The notes under the pieces are model-generated. The model saw only the letters and a list, made by a program, of their open reading frames with translations, was not told where the DNA came from and did no database searches. The translations under genes and the position numbers were made by a program. From an uncultured Poribacteria bacterium (GTDB lineage Bacteria; Poribacteria; WGA-4E; WGA-3G): DNA of 64,000 nucleotides. Numbering within the stretch: position 1 is the stretch's first letter; each line of letters begins with the position of its first letter. The stretch spans positions 1,216,001 to 1,280,000 of the forward strand of contig OX638351.1 in assembly GCA_951813565.1 (NCBI GenBank), in the 5' to 3' direction. Below are positions 1-9,457 of the stretch, piece after piece.

Positions 1-251
1 CGCCACGGTGTTGCGCTAAAATCCTCGCTCTCTGGAAAGAGATATTCCACATAATCATCCAATGAAAAAAGCGGGTTTTGTGTGCCTTGTTTAATTCGTT
101 CTCGGATAATGTATAGCAGGACAGTTCGGCATGCCTCATAACTTTTGGCACCTTCTAAGCGAGTAAGTCGTTTATTACTTCCAGATTCTTGGATACAATC
201 TGCGATGAGATCCCCGACATGTTTTATTTTCTCAAGTCGTGTTTGTTCCAT
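1..251 (-). CDS. cas11: Probable Cas11 small subunit translated from an internal in-frame start in cas8 (partial)
   Basis: AAGGAGG (266-260) lies 8 nt upstream of in-frame ATG 251 (MEQTRLEKIKHVGDLIADCI...). Confidence 0.65.
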   Translation of the reverse strand, partial: MEQTRLEKIKHVGDLIADCIQESGSNKRLTRLEGAKSYEACRTVLLYIIRERIKQGTQNPLFSLDDYVEYLFPESEDFSATPW

Positions 252-1250
252 AGCTCTAACCTCCTTAAAGTAGAGAGATAACAATTCCCAATTCCCGCGC
301 GGTTTTCTGTGTCGTCTATTTAAAAAGGATCCAAGAATTGAGATGTCTTGCAATAGATTTTCATATACTCGGTTTGGTCTGTTTTTGTAATCTTCCTCAG
401 ATTTAACTTTATCCCAATTGACATAGTAACCACTTCGGACAATTTCCTGCCATACTTTATTAAACTTGCCCATATAAACAATACGTAAAAATTTAAATAC
501 AGGTGCGGGCATGTAGAATATCTCAAGTTCAGGTTTGTCGTTGTAATTTCTGAAACAGTAAACCTGCATCGGTATATTCTCATCAGAGCGCATTTCCTGA
601 TATTGTGTCATTTCCCGCGCCATATAGAACAGTCCATTGCGTGGATTGGCATAACCAGGGTTAAAACACCCCGTTATATCCTGTTGAAGGTGTTGCTTGC
701 GAATATCCTCGATACATACCCTCGCCCAACTTTTCAGTGCCTTCCACGAATTCGAGTGGAGTGTAAGAAACTGGCCTCCAGTCGCCATGAATACTAATGG
801 GGATAATTGAATAGCAAAAGCACAAGCCGAACAATAACCTGCTCCCTCAGTGAAGGCAGGAAAAAAATTGCGTAATAGGCCAGAGCCTGTTAAAGGTATG
901 TCTTTTTTCAAAAGAAAATTGTTGGCATCACGTCTGCCGCATCCCATACAATCTCCAGTTTCGTTCAATTCGCACATCGTGTCTAAATAGTGTGTGCATT
1001 CTTCCTTGAGTAGTGCAACTCTATCACGCTTATTGTGAGAAGGATTAGTCAATACACTATTTGGAAAAATGCTGTGTAAATTTCCCCATCCAATCTTTGT
1101 TTGCATCATTGGCGCGACATCATTAACAACTTGCTTAAGGTCCGCTTTAGTAATCTGATCGGGTTGTACGGTGCGCCCCAACCATTCACAGATACCACAA
1201 ACACCTGCATCAACAAATGGATTTCCCATTAACTTTTCATAAATTGGCAT
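1..1250 (-). CDS. cas8: Type I-B CRISPR large subunit Cas8b1/Cst1 (CXXC-CXXC type), 3' end outside window
   Basis: Absent from the ORF track because there is no stop in the window. Manual translation from ATG 1250 (SD GAAAGGAGG) gives MPIYEKLMGNPFVDAGVCG...CMGCGRR...PLTGSGLLRNFFP...CSACAF, open to the window edge; lies directly downstream of cas6. Confidence 0.85.
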   Translation of the reverse strand, partial: MPIYEKLMGNPFVDAGVCGICEWLGRTVQPDQITKADLKQVVNDVAPMMQTKIGWGNLHSIFPNSVLTNPSHNKRDRVALLKEECTHYLDTMCELNETGDCMGCGRRDANNFLLKKDIPLTGSGLLRNFFPAFTEGAGYCSACAFAIQLSPLVFMATGGQFLTLHSNSWKALKSWARVCIEDIRKQHLQQDITGCFNPGYANPRNGLFYMAREMTQYQEMRSDENIPMQVYCFRNYNDKPELEIFYMPAPVFKFLRIVYMGKFNKVWQEIVRSGYYVNWDKVKSEEDYKNRPNRVYENLLQDISILGSFLNRRHRKPRGNWELLSLYFKEVRAMEQTRLEKIKHVGDLIADCIQESGSNKRLTRLEGAKSYEACRTVLLYIIRERIKQGTQNPLFSLDDYVEYLFPESEDFSATPW

Positions 1251-1287
1251 TTCAAAAACCTCCTTTCAAAAATGTTATGTAAAGTTA

Positions 1288-1317
1288 ATCATAACGTAAG
1301 TAAATAACAATTGTCAA
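1288..1317 (-). promoter_or_regulatory. Sigma70-type promoter for the cas8 operon
   Basis: TTGACA-18 nt-TATGAT in the 79-bp cas6-cas8 gap. Confidence 0.65.
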
Positions 1318-1329
1318 ATTAAAATAAAT

Positions 1330-2082
1330 CTAAACCTCTACCATCCCGAACCCTGCACTATTCTTATCGCCAAACCCGCATTCATAGCCTGTCTGTATCA
1401 ATGCGGGGCTGCCGGACACACGAAACGGACACAAAATCCCGCGTATCTTGATACCCTTGAAATCAACAAGCCGAGTGACGCGCCTCTGCTTCCTACGGAT
1501 ATAGCGTTCATCAAAACATAAGGACAATGTATCGTCTTGCGGGGTGCGTGCATGTATCGCCTCATGTTTGCGGATAAGGTTTTGACGGATGAGATCGGAG
1601 AGTTCAGGATCGTCTGGTAGGCAGTAGTGCATGCGGCGTTTACCATCGTTTTCACGCACAGCGGACATCACAATCGGAGAGAGGCATCGGAACTCCATCT
1701 CAGAGCGAAAACGCGGGAGACGCGGGATCGTCACATCCTTGATTTTGAGTTGGTGCGATCCGATGGATAATCTGCCTTCGGTTAGGAGTGTATCGGCAAA
1801 ATGGGATAAGAATTGTTCCATTGGGGAAGATACGAACCACGTCAAAGTAGACCGAAAATGTATCTGTTCGCCTAAGATACGTCTGCGTTCTGCCATCAGT
1901 TGAGAGAAGGTGAAAAGCTTGAACCGTTTTTCAGCGGCGTGATAACCTTCATCATGCAGAAAGCCAGCGTATTCAGGATTAGATTCTGCAAGGAATCGGT
2001 AAATCACTCCGACAAGGAGGTGGTTGTAGTTAATGGGTAGGGTAATGCCGTTGCCAACATCGGTAAGGATTTGTATTCGCAT
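1330..2082 (-). CDS. cas6: CRISPR-associated endoribonuclease Cas6
   Basis: LPINYNH, FLHDEGY...FKLFTFS motifs and C-terminal Gly-rich loop GYECGFGDKNSAGFG. Confidence 0.95.
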   Translation of the reverse strand: MRIQILTDVGNGITLPINYNHLLVGVIYRFLAESNPEYAGFLHDEGYHAAEKRFKLFTFSQLMAERRRILGEQIHFRSTLTWFVSSPMEQFLSHFADTLLTEGRLSIGSHQLKIKDVTIPRLPRFRSEMEFRCLSPIVMSAVRENDGKRRMHYCLPDDPELSDLIRQNLIRKHEAIHARTPQDDTLSLCFDERYIRRKQRRVTRLVDFKGIKIRGILCPFRVSGSPALIQTGYECGFGDKNSAGFGMVEV

Positions 2083-2136
2083 TGGAGATCTCCGTTTAGT
2101 TTTCTTGCGACTTAAGACAATCTACCGTAAATGTAA

Positions 2137-2198
2137 GAGGCGCCAAATACCATACGCGTATTTGGCGTTGATTTGGTAATAAATTGCGCGACTACAAA
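2137..2198. repeat. REP family A (GAGGCGCAATGAATTGCGCGACTACAAA), this copy interrupted by an inserted module; other copies at 7321, 7391, 9087, 10361, 20764, 27664, 56261 and 42624-42685 (reverse)
   Basis: Near-identical intergenic palindrome GCGCAAT-GA-ATTGCGC next to CTAC (GTAG on the other strand). Confidence 0.85.
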
Positions 2199-2246
2199 CA
2201 CACAAATCAGAGGAAAATGTAGAAGTATTTTAGATTTGACTAAAAA

Positions 2247-2759
2247 TTAAATCCCCATGCGGAGGGCGACAGCTGCAAGTAGAATTAGCAGTGAAACTAC
2301 TCCCATAAGACTGGATACAATAGACATTTGCTTGCGGAGTGGTTTGACTTGCGGGGGAAGTTCTTTTGTTTCGGGGTCTAATCCTTCAATTGCTGCTGAT
2401 AACCGTGGACCGAAGACAAAGCTGTGAAGCGCGGTTAGAATAAGCAGTGCGATAAATAATATCAGTTTGATAAGGAGTGTTCGCATGAAAGCATTGATGG
2501 TCTCCGAACCAGAAGATGAGCCTAAGCCTATTGCTTCAAAGATATTGGCAATGCCAGTGAAAAAGAGTATCCCGACACAACCCCACACAATCGGTTCAAA
2601 CCGTTTGCCTATTTGTGTTAAGAGTTGAATGCGTTTGACAGGAGGTAGATTCTGTCTGAAATAGGGTACAATTACCATTGCTAAAATGAGATTTCCGCCA
2701 ATCCAAACAACGGCGGCGATAACATGTATCCATCGAATAAATAGCCAAAATATATTCAT
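2247..2759 (-). CDS. CopD/DUF4149-like integral membrane protein
   Basis: Four hydrophobic helices, WIHVIAAVVWIGG motif. Confidence 0.7.
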   Translation of the reverse strand: MNIFWLFIRWIHVIAAVVWIGGNLILAMVIVPYFRQNLPPVKRIQLLTQIGKRFEPIVWGCVGILFFTGIANIFEAIGLGSSSGSETINAFMRTLLIKLILFIALLILTALHSFVFGPRLSAAIEGLDPETKELPPQVKPLRKQMSIVSSLMGVVSLLILLAAVALRMGI

Positions 2760-2852
2760 TTACGATATTCCTTATTTATGTGGAGGAATAGCATCCTTAA
2801 AAGTGTCAAATCAACATTGAATGTGCTGATGATATTTGGCACTAACACAAGT

Positions 2853-4472
2853 TTACGTTTCTTCAATATGTTGTATAACAGTCTCAGCACGGGAAATTAA
2901 TGATTTCCGTTCGTCAGCAGAAAGCGGTACAGGGGCAAACCGATGATAGTCGCATTTTGTAAGGATTTCTACCAATTCCATAATAATAGAATCGGCAACT
3001 CCTGCTTGTGTGTAAATTTCTTGGATTTCTGCTGTGTTTAGTGGGCGGTACGAGGAGTCTTGCTGTTCGCAGATATACTGATGCAGAATGCGAGTCAACG
3101 TTTCTCCGAAAGAGGTTGCTTGCGTGTCAATTTTGCCAGAATCAATTGCGTTGAGTGCCGATAATGCCCGTTCAGCGGGAGTCGTCAACGTGTCTGGCAT
3201 AATTGATTTGCTATCAGGTTTTAACTTGGCACGATACAATAAATACGCACCAACCCCAACAAATATAGGTATTAGTAGAAGCAACCACAAAATCCATGAT
3301 GGGAAATTGGATTCGCTATCAATCAAATCGTTTGAATTAGGAAGCACAGTAATAGGAATTGGGATTGTTTGGGTTGTTTGATATGTGTGTTTGTTAGGAT
3401 TGAAAAAGGCGTATTCAATTTTAGGAATCAATAGGATTCCTGCCTTTAATGGTGTAATTGCGTAAGTATAGACGCGGGAATTATCTTTAGTAGTATTAGC
3501 AAGATTTTGAGGGTCTATTCTGAATCCGCTAATAGCAGGTATTTGCGGCGGCGTTACCGTTTTTATATTTCCGCTTCCTGCGATTTGTAATGAGAGTGTA
3601 AGTGCGTTTCGAATTTCAAGTCTTCTACGGTCAACTTGTGCTGTGATGTTATATTGACCAACAGTGCCTGTGAAGTTTGTGGGTTTTCCGACTTTAGGGA
3701 GTGGTTGGACATTGAGTGGTAGGGATTTTGTTTTTAGCGTCTTTGGGTTGCCTTTTATAGGGAGTTTTAACTGGGCAGGTTGAATAAGAATTCGTCCTAT
3801 TTTATGTGGATATAAACGCCTAACAGACTCCTGAACAATGAATGTTTTTCCCTGCATCTGTACAGTAGTGTCTTTCTCATCAGGAAGTTCTTCTACTAAA
3901 AAGTCAGAGAATTCTGGAAGTGAAGGAGTCAGGGGTTCCAGAGTAGGTAGCACAGTTGTATATAGGTAGCGAAACCGATATTCGATCGCTTCATTAAGAT
4001 ACGGTTTTTGATTACTGACTTCAGCCTGTACTTTATGGATACCTCCAGTAGTATTGTTTACATAAGTGTCTACTGCTCCCACAATAATTTTGCCAGGGTT
4101 TGCCAAATAAGGAACACCTTGATAAGAAAATTGGACATCCGAAAGGGCGATCTCACCAATTTTTTGCGGTATAAGTTCATAAGCCCATGCCATAGTGACA
4201 GCAATTTTATCATCTATTAACCGTGGCGTTGTTTTGGAATGTAGGGGAACAGCGAGGAAATCAGGCAAAAAATTGAAAGTCGGGGAACCGATGTGTTTCA
4301 TTTGTGTATTTCCCGAGATTGTGAGTTCCAAAGTTGCCTTCTCGTTTAATTGAATATGGCGGGGTGTAACTGTTGCTTCGACTTTAACATCCTTGCTTTG
4401 TGCTGCTGGCGTGAAAAGCATTAGTAAGATGCTAAAGGCTGTAACGCATAAACATGAATGCAACGAAGGCAT
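2853..4472 (-). CDS. BatD-family protein
   Basis: Signal peptide, repeated beta-sandwich modules, late TM helix, C-terminal CDYHRFAP; likely start 4472, just after the TPR gene. Confidence 0.8.
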   Translation of the reverse strand: MPSLHSCLCVTAFSILLMLFTPAAQSKDVKVEATVTPRHIQLNEKATLELTISGNTQMKHIGSPTFNFLPDFLAVPLHSKTTPRLIDDKIAVTMAWAYELIPQKIGEIALSDVQFSYQGVPYLANPGKIIVGAVDTYVNNTTGGIHKVQAEVSNQKPYLNEAIEYRFRYLYTTVLPTLEPLTPSLPEFSDFLVEELPDEKDTTVQMQGKTFIVQESVRRLYPHKIGRILIQPAQLKLPIKGNPKTLKTKSLPLNVQPLPKVGKPTNFTGTVGQYNITAQVDRRRLEIRNALTLSLQIAGSGNIKTVTPPQIPAISGFRIDPQNLANTTKDNSRVYTYAITPLKAGILLIPKIEYAFFNPNKHTYQTTQTIPIPITVLPNSNDLIDSESNFPSWILWLLLLIPIFVGVGAYLLYRAKLKPDSKSIMPDTLTTPAERALSALNAIDSGKIDTQATSFGETLTRILHQYICEQQDSSYRPLNTAEIQEIYTQAGVADSIIMELVEILTKCDYHRFAPVPLSADERKSLISRAETVIQHIEET

Positions 4473-4479
4473 TTGAGAA

Positions 4480-5100
4480 TTACCAATCTTTATCACGGCG
4501 GTATCCGCTGTTGAGTTGTTGTTTGAGCATCTTTTGCCTACGCTTATTTTCATTTTTGCTCAGGCGTTCAAGAAGTTGAAGTGCCTCCGCTTTAGGAATG
4601 TTACTTGGCTCATTTTTTGGTGAATTCTTTTGCGTATTGAGTTGCTGCTGTACAGTATTTTCCTGTTGTTCTTTTAACAGTTGAAGTGCTAATGCGAGGT
4701 TATGTTTAGCATCAGCATCATGTGGGTTTAAGCGGAGTGAAGACTTGTAAGACTCAATTGCAGCGGTGAGGTCACGCAACTGAAATTGCGCATTGCCTAA
4801 GTTGTAATAAATAGAGGCTTCGTTGGGTGCATTTCCTTTTAAAAGTGATCTTTGGAAAGCTGCAGATGCGTCTTTATATCTGCCTTTTTTGTAGAGTGCT
4901 GCGCCGAGGTTGTGAAGGGCAATTGGATTATTGGGTTTGTCAAACGTTGCCTGTTGAAAAGCCTCTATTGCAGCATCATAGTCCTGAATCCAATACGCCT
5001 CGGTGCCGGTTTTCATCGCGCGCTTCCAGTTTCCCATCCAGCCGACAAGGAAAAAGATAATAAAGAGGACAAGTGAGGAATTAAAAATCTTATTCCACAT
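4480..5100 (-). CDS. TPR protein, BatC-like
   Basis: N-terminal TM, TPRs (YNLGNAQF..AKHNLALA), Q-rich linker, C-terminal RDKDW typical of BatC. Confidence 0.8.
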   Translation of the reverse strand: MWNKIFNSSLVLFIIFFLVGWMGNWKRAMKTGTEAYWIQDYDAAIEAFQQATFDKPNNPIALHNLGAALYKKGRYKDASAAFQRSLLKGNAPNEASIYYNLGNAQFQLRDLTAAIESYKSSLRLNPHDADAKHNLALALQLLKEQQENTVQQQLNTQKNSPKNEPSNIPKAEALQLLERLSKNENKRRQKMLKQQLNSGYRRDKDW

Positions 5101-5106
5101 ATTTTT

Positions 5107-5135
5107 ATTATAATTGATAACATGGCGATTTGCAA
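5107..5135 (-). promoter_or_regulatory. Sigma70 promoter, probably giving a leaderless mRNA
   Basis: TTGCAA-17-TATAAT, 6 nt before ATG 5100. Confidence 0.6.
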
Positions 5136-5562
5136 GAAATTGTAAAGACAGTCTTTGAAATCCTATCTAAGCTTACAATATCTTCGCCAATTATCCAAGA
5201 TTTAGTTCAGGTTGTGTGTGATGAATAGCAGCGATTGAAGTTATCTTTTTAGAGATTTGCTTAGGTTGTGTTTAGGTTTCATTTGTATTGAATCACAATT
5301 GAGGCAAAACAGACAAAACCGAGATACCTAACAGCCAACTTGTCATAACGCGTGGCAACACGCCGATATCGCTTTAGGAATCCAAAGTAACGCTCTATCA
5401 AGTTTCGTGCTTTATACAACTCTTTACCGTAATCTCGCTACACAACCCGTTTTTTTCGGAGGGATCATAACTTTAGTAGATGTTGGCACTATTTCTGCTA
5501 TAAACACAACCTAATATACTAACATTGAGCAATCACAACTTGCAATTAAATCGCTATAATGT

Positions 5563-6318
5563 CTAATACGTTTCTAACTTCGCTCGCGCGTTCGAAACAC
5601 CCTCAATAATCGGTTGTGGCGTATCCACCTTCAATCCTAAATAGATAAGCATAATTTCTTGGTCGTAGCCGACCCGTTCGATTTCCTTACAGATAGCGCG
5701 AAAATCCATCTCTGGTGCCCAGAACGGTTCGCTTCCTGTCCGTGAATCAACACCACAGTTAAAATAGATGCTATTTAGCCGTTCTGACAAGGTTTGCAAG
5801 GCAACAACTGGGTCGTCCCCAGCGCGATGGAAATGAAATGGACTATAGTAAAAACCGAAGTTTTCGGAGGGGATTGCATTGAAGATTTGCTGCGTGCGTT
5901 CAATGTTGTAAGCAAGGCTTCCTTCGTGTGCATAGAGGGCGAGAGTCAGATTGCGAGTCTGCGCTTCTGCTGTGACCGTTTTGAGATGATCAATAATCGT
6001 ATCAATCTCGCGAGCGGTGGCGGTTTCATCTCCACCACTCGCGATGCTTACTATTGGAATGGAAAGCCTTTGGGCAACATCAAGAATCGAAATTTGTGCT
6101 TCAAGTCCGTCTGGCGCGTCAACCCGTACTGTGCTCAGCAAAGATTTGAAATGGAGTCCGGTCTCTTCTCGGAGTGTGGCGATGGTTTCGGCTTCCACAT
6201 CTGAGAAATGAGCATGGGCGAGTTCAATGGCAGATATACCGCCATCAGATAACTCACTCACAAACTCGGTCAAACGGAAAGAGGAGAATGGAAGGGTGCT
6301 TGCACAATAAGTTTTCAT
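5563..6318 (-). CDS. Sugar phosphate isomerase/epimerase (xylose-isomerase-like TIM barrel), divergent
   Basis: AP-endonuclease-2-like pattern; several usual metal ligands substituted. Confidence 0.65.
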   Translation of the reverse strand: MKTYCASTLPFSSFRLTEFVSELSDGGISAIELAHAHFSDVEAETIATLREETGLHFKSLLSTVRVDAPDGLEAQISILDVAQRLSIPIVSIASGGDETATAREIDTIIDHLKTVTAEAQTRNLTLALYAHEGSLAYNIERTQQIFNAIPSENFGFYYSPFHFHRAGDDPVVALQTLSERLNSIYFNCGVDSRTGSEPFWAPEMDFRAICKEIERVGYDQEIMLIYLGLKVDTPQPIIEGVSNARAKLETY

Positions 6319-6406
6319 AAGTCTATTCCTGCTATATAGATTTTGGAATTAAGGATAGACGGTTGCTCGGGCATCTATCAGAAGTCGTCTCTCTTATATG
6401 TAGAGG

Positions 6407-6432
6407 GTCGCGACCTGGAGGTCGCTCCTACA
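6407..6432. repeat. REP family B (GTCGCGASCTGGAGSTCGCTCCTACA); other copies at 17122, 20730, 59169, 60110
   Basis: GTAG tetranucleotide on the opposite strand plus imperfect palindrome; all copies intergenic. Confidence 0.85.
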
Positions 6433-6503
6433 AGAAGAGAGTAGGCTCGTAAAGCACATCTGCAAGTAGGTGTACACATATTTCTATATTTGACCAAAAC
6501 AAA

Positions 6504-7295
6504 TTACTTGCCCATTTCTTTTAGTGCTTTCAGACAACGTTCCACAGCTTCAAGTGGCGGAAAAGCATCACTTTCATATTCTACGATATACCATTCCGTG
6601 CCACCCGTTGTTTCGCAGATACGGAAAATCTCTGACCACGGCACGCTATCCTCGCCAATGATAGGACGAAAACCTGCATGCCTATCCTCTTCACCATCTG
6701 ATATAGTATAAGGTTTGAGATGCACTGTTCCTGCACGACCGGAATATTTCTCCAAAATAGCAACGAGATCAGCACCGCCTGACAGTGCATTTCCCATATC
6801 CAGTTGCATCACAACACCTTTGTTTGTGTTTCCGAAGAAAGTGTCCCACTGAATTTCACCATCCATGGGTGAAAATTCTGCATGATGGTTGTGATAACCT
6901 GTTACCATACCGTGTGGTTCAAGTTTGTCAGCGAGGTCATTGAAGAAATCTGCTAACTTCAACCAATCTGCACGCGATTGACGAAGTTCACCTGGGATGC
7001 CCGGAATGATAACATAGCGATTTTCAAGGATCTTGTTGAATTCAATCGTGTCAGCGAGGTTGTCTTCTTGAACAAGATTGAACGGCGTGTGCCATCCACA
7101 ACAGACCAACCCGAATTCGTCAAGGTAACCTTTTAATTCTTCTGCCGAATGTTGTGGAGGACCTGCGAATTCTACGCCTTCGTATCCCATTTCTGCGACC
7201 GCCTTTATTGTGCCGCGCGCATCTTCTGCTAACTCATTGCGGACAGAAAATAACTCTAAACCAATTGGTACTCTTGCCATAATTTTTCCTTTCAA
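6504..7295 (-). CDS. Sugar phosphate isomerase/epimerase (IolE/AP-endonuclease-2 fold)
   Basis: GYEGVEFAG, YHNH, QLDMG, HLK, VEYE motifs. Confidence 0.85.
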   Translation of the reverse strand: MKGKIMARVPIGLELFSVRNELAEDARGTIKAVAEMGYEGVEFAGPPQHSAEELKGYLDEFGLVCCGWHTPFNLVQEDNLADTIEFNKILENRYVIIPGIPGELRQSRADWLKLADFFNDLADKLEPHGMVTGYHNHHAEFSPMDGEIQWDTFFGNTNKGVVMQLDMGNALSGGADLVAILEKYSGRAGTVHLKPYTISDGEEDRHAGFRPIIGEDSVPWSEIFRICETTGGTEWYIVEYESDAFPPLEAVERCLKALKEMGK

Positions 7296-7309
7296 TTTTT
7301 AACTTCGAC

Positions 7310-7450
7310 TGTGAATATAAGAGGCGCAATGAATTGCGCGACGACAAACATATCAAGTCTATAGAGTGATAAAAGTAATTGTGAATATAAGAGGCGCAAT
7401 GAATTGCGCGACGACAAACATATCAAGCCTATAGAGAGTGAAAAAGTAAT
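7310..7450. repeat. 70-bp tandem duplication containing REP family A
   Basis: GTGAATATAAGAGGCGCAATG... at 7311 and 7381. Confidence 0.9.
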
Positions 7451-7506
7451 TTAGATTTTCTATAACCCATTAACTTGTAGACACTAAGCCTTTGAATTTA
7501 AGACTT

Positions 7507-8976
7507 TTACCGTGCTGTGTAATTGGGCGCGAGTGGGCAACTATCCGCCATAGTTTGACAAAGAGCAACCCGCGCCAAACCGTGAATCAGATATGCTGCC
7601 CCCGTCTGCGATTCATACCAATCAATCCCAGATGCACCGTAGGGAAGCGTTTCTGGAAAATAAATCTCCAATGCTGTTTCTGTGAGTTCAACGCCGCCTT
7701 CCAACCATGTCGGTTCGCCAGTGATGTCGTAGAGGTCAGCAAAGAGTTCAAGCGTTAAACCGATATCTGATGCTGGGATTTTGAATTCTTCTTTTTTAAC
7801 ACGATCGGCCGGAAATTTCTCATCAAGATAGGTATTGCCGACTGCGCGTGCAAATTCCATCAATCTGTCATTCTGTGTCAATCGCCACCCACCGAGACAA
7901 AGCACCCCTGTACTGCACACAGTCCCAGCACCATAGACACTTCCCCATGCTGACATTCGATCGTACGCGCGATTCGTCTCACATTCACACATACTAACGA
8001 ATTCGCGAGTGTCAAGATTGTGCGGCGCGGCGAGAAACCCGTCAATGTAAACCAATCCGTATTGCCGCATCTGGTTTGCCAATTCCGGTAGGAACGATTG
8101 TAACAGCACCGCGGATTCAAGTAGACTAATTCCTAACGAAAGCGTCTGCGTCGGAGCATTCTTCTCAAAAAAACTTTCAGCATCCTTCGGTGAACGACTC
8201 TCTATACGCAATAGTCCACGTGCATCCCGTTTTTCCCACCAGTAATCGGTATAATTCTGAATCTGCTGGAGCGTTTCTGGACGTTGATCTTGCGTATACG
8301 CGAAAGCCAAATCAAAGATATAAAATCCCGAATGGCGTGGAAAATCGCATGAGCGTCCGCCACGATCGAGATGCTCCGTCATGTCAATATTCGCATGACG
8401 GATGTATTCAAGTTCATCCCCTTTTGTCCAATGATAATCCAACCCATCCGAAAAACTTTGGGCACAGGTGGGATTAAACGTATTCAGTTTCTCCCATAAC
8501 CAGAGTGGAACTTGACGCAGATGGTCGTGAATTGCGGCACCACCAGCGGGATTACGAGAACATCCGACTCGCTCCTCAATCAGATGCCAAAAGGAGTGCT
8601 CACCCCAAGGGAATAACCCCGTTGTTGTCTGTGTGCAATTCAGGGCAAAATGCTCCAAATATTGATCTACAGCTTTAGTATATTCTGGTTTTGATTCCGT
8701 TTCAGCGAGTACATTTATGGTAGCAAGCAACGGTTCATCGTGAATCAAGTTTGTGCCGAGATGTGCCCTATCACCGTTTCGTTGTCCCGGAATCTTAGGC
8801 GGTTTTTCCATCAGCATTTCGCCAGTCTGCGGATGCAGAATGGAAGGAAACAACCCTTTATATTTCTTGCTGCTTTGGATCATCAGATCAATAGCGTTGC
8901 ATATTTTGGTGATGATTATCTCTGGGGTTATCACAAATGATTCCTCCGTCTCTGATGAATGAAAATATGGTATCAT
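7507..8976 (-). CDS. Hypothetical protein, possibly an alpha/alpha-toroid carbohydrate-active enzyme
   Basis: 489-aa ORF with GLFPWGEH and DFPRHSG motifs; neighbours are sugar epimerases. Confidence 0.5.
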   Translation of the reverse strand: MIPYFHSSETEESFVITPEIIITKICNAIDLMIQSSKKYKGLFPSILHPQTGEMLMEKPPKIPGQRNGDRAHLGTNLIHDEPLLATINVLAETESKPEYTKAVDQYLEHFALNCTQTTTGLFPWGEHSFWHLIEERVGCSRNPAGGAAIHDHLRQVPLWLWEKLNTFNPTCAQSFSDGLDYHWTKGDELEYIRHANIDMTEHLDRGGRSCDFPRHSGFYIFDLAFAYTQDQRPETLQQIQNYTDYWWEKRDARGLLRIESRSPKDAESFFEKNAPTQTLSLGISLLESAVLLQSFLPELANQMRQYGLVYIDGFLAAPHNLDTREFVSMCECETNRAYDRMSAWGSVYGAGTVCSTGVLCLGGWRLTQNDRLMEFARAVGNTYLDEKFPADRVKKEEFKIPASDIGLTLELFADLYDITGEPTWLEGGVELTETALEIYFPETLPYGASGIDWYESQTGAAYLIHGLARVALCQTMADSCPLAPNYTAR

Positions 8977-9220
8977 TAATGCATTATAAGGTCAAGTTCG
9001 GATAGCAAGTAATACCAATTCTAATAAATAAAATACCATTACGAAGATTCTATGAGATTTTGAAACTCATCTTATGTTGAATGTCCGAGGCGCAATGAAT
9101 TGCGCGACTACAAACGCGTTTTTGTAAATGGGAAGTTATAATTTAGAAATGGTATAAGAGTTGTGTGTAAAAATCTTGTCTCATAGGTTTAATTACGAAG
9201 AATTCTTCACGTTTTTCTAC

Positions 9221-9329
9221 TGTAGGGTGGGGTCTCTGTGCCCCGCCGAATGCAATACGCGGATGAGGTGTCGATTTTGCCATGTCCGATGTATACAATC
9301 AATGGGCGGACACAGAGACCCACCCCTAC
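9221..9329. repeat. REPIN-like inverted pair of GTAG REPs; similar pairs at 13531-13689, 16928-16998, 45081-45195
   Basis: TGTAGGGTGGGGTCTCTGTG ... CACAGAGACCCACCCCTACA. Confidence 0.8.
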
Positions 9330-9377
9330 AATAAGAGATGGACGCTTTTGTTAAAACTTTGCTTACCTGCTATTTTC

Positions 9378-9406
9378 TTGCCATTTGGTTAGTTGTGTTA
9401 TATAAT
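9378..9406 (+). promoter_or_regulatory. Sigma70 promoter
   Basis: TTGCCA-17-TATAAT upstream of 9458. Confidence 0.65.
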
Positions 9407-9457
9407 CACAATGCTTTTATATTATTCTTTTTAATCATCATTTTATAGGAGCGACTA

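Noticed and set aside
320..797. ORFs 320-583 and 603-797
   Set aside because: Alternative-frame or antisense shadows of cas8.
1251..1329. CreTA-type RNA toxin-antitoxin between cas6 and cas8
   Set aside because: The gap is only 79 bp, filled by promoter and SD, with no repeat-like pair.
7310..7450. CRISPR mini-array near the cas genes
   Set aside because: The whole 70-bp unit, including the would-be spacer, is duplicated, and the core is a dispersed REP.
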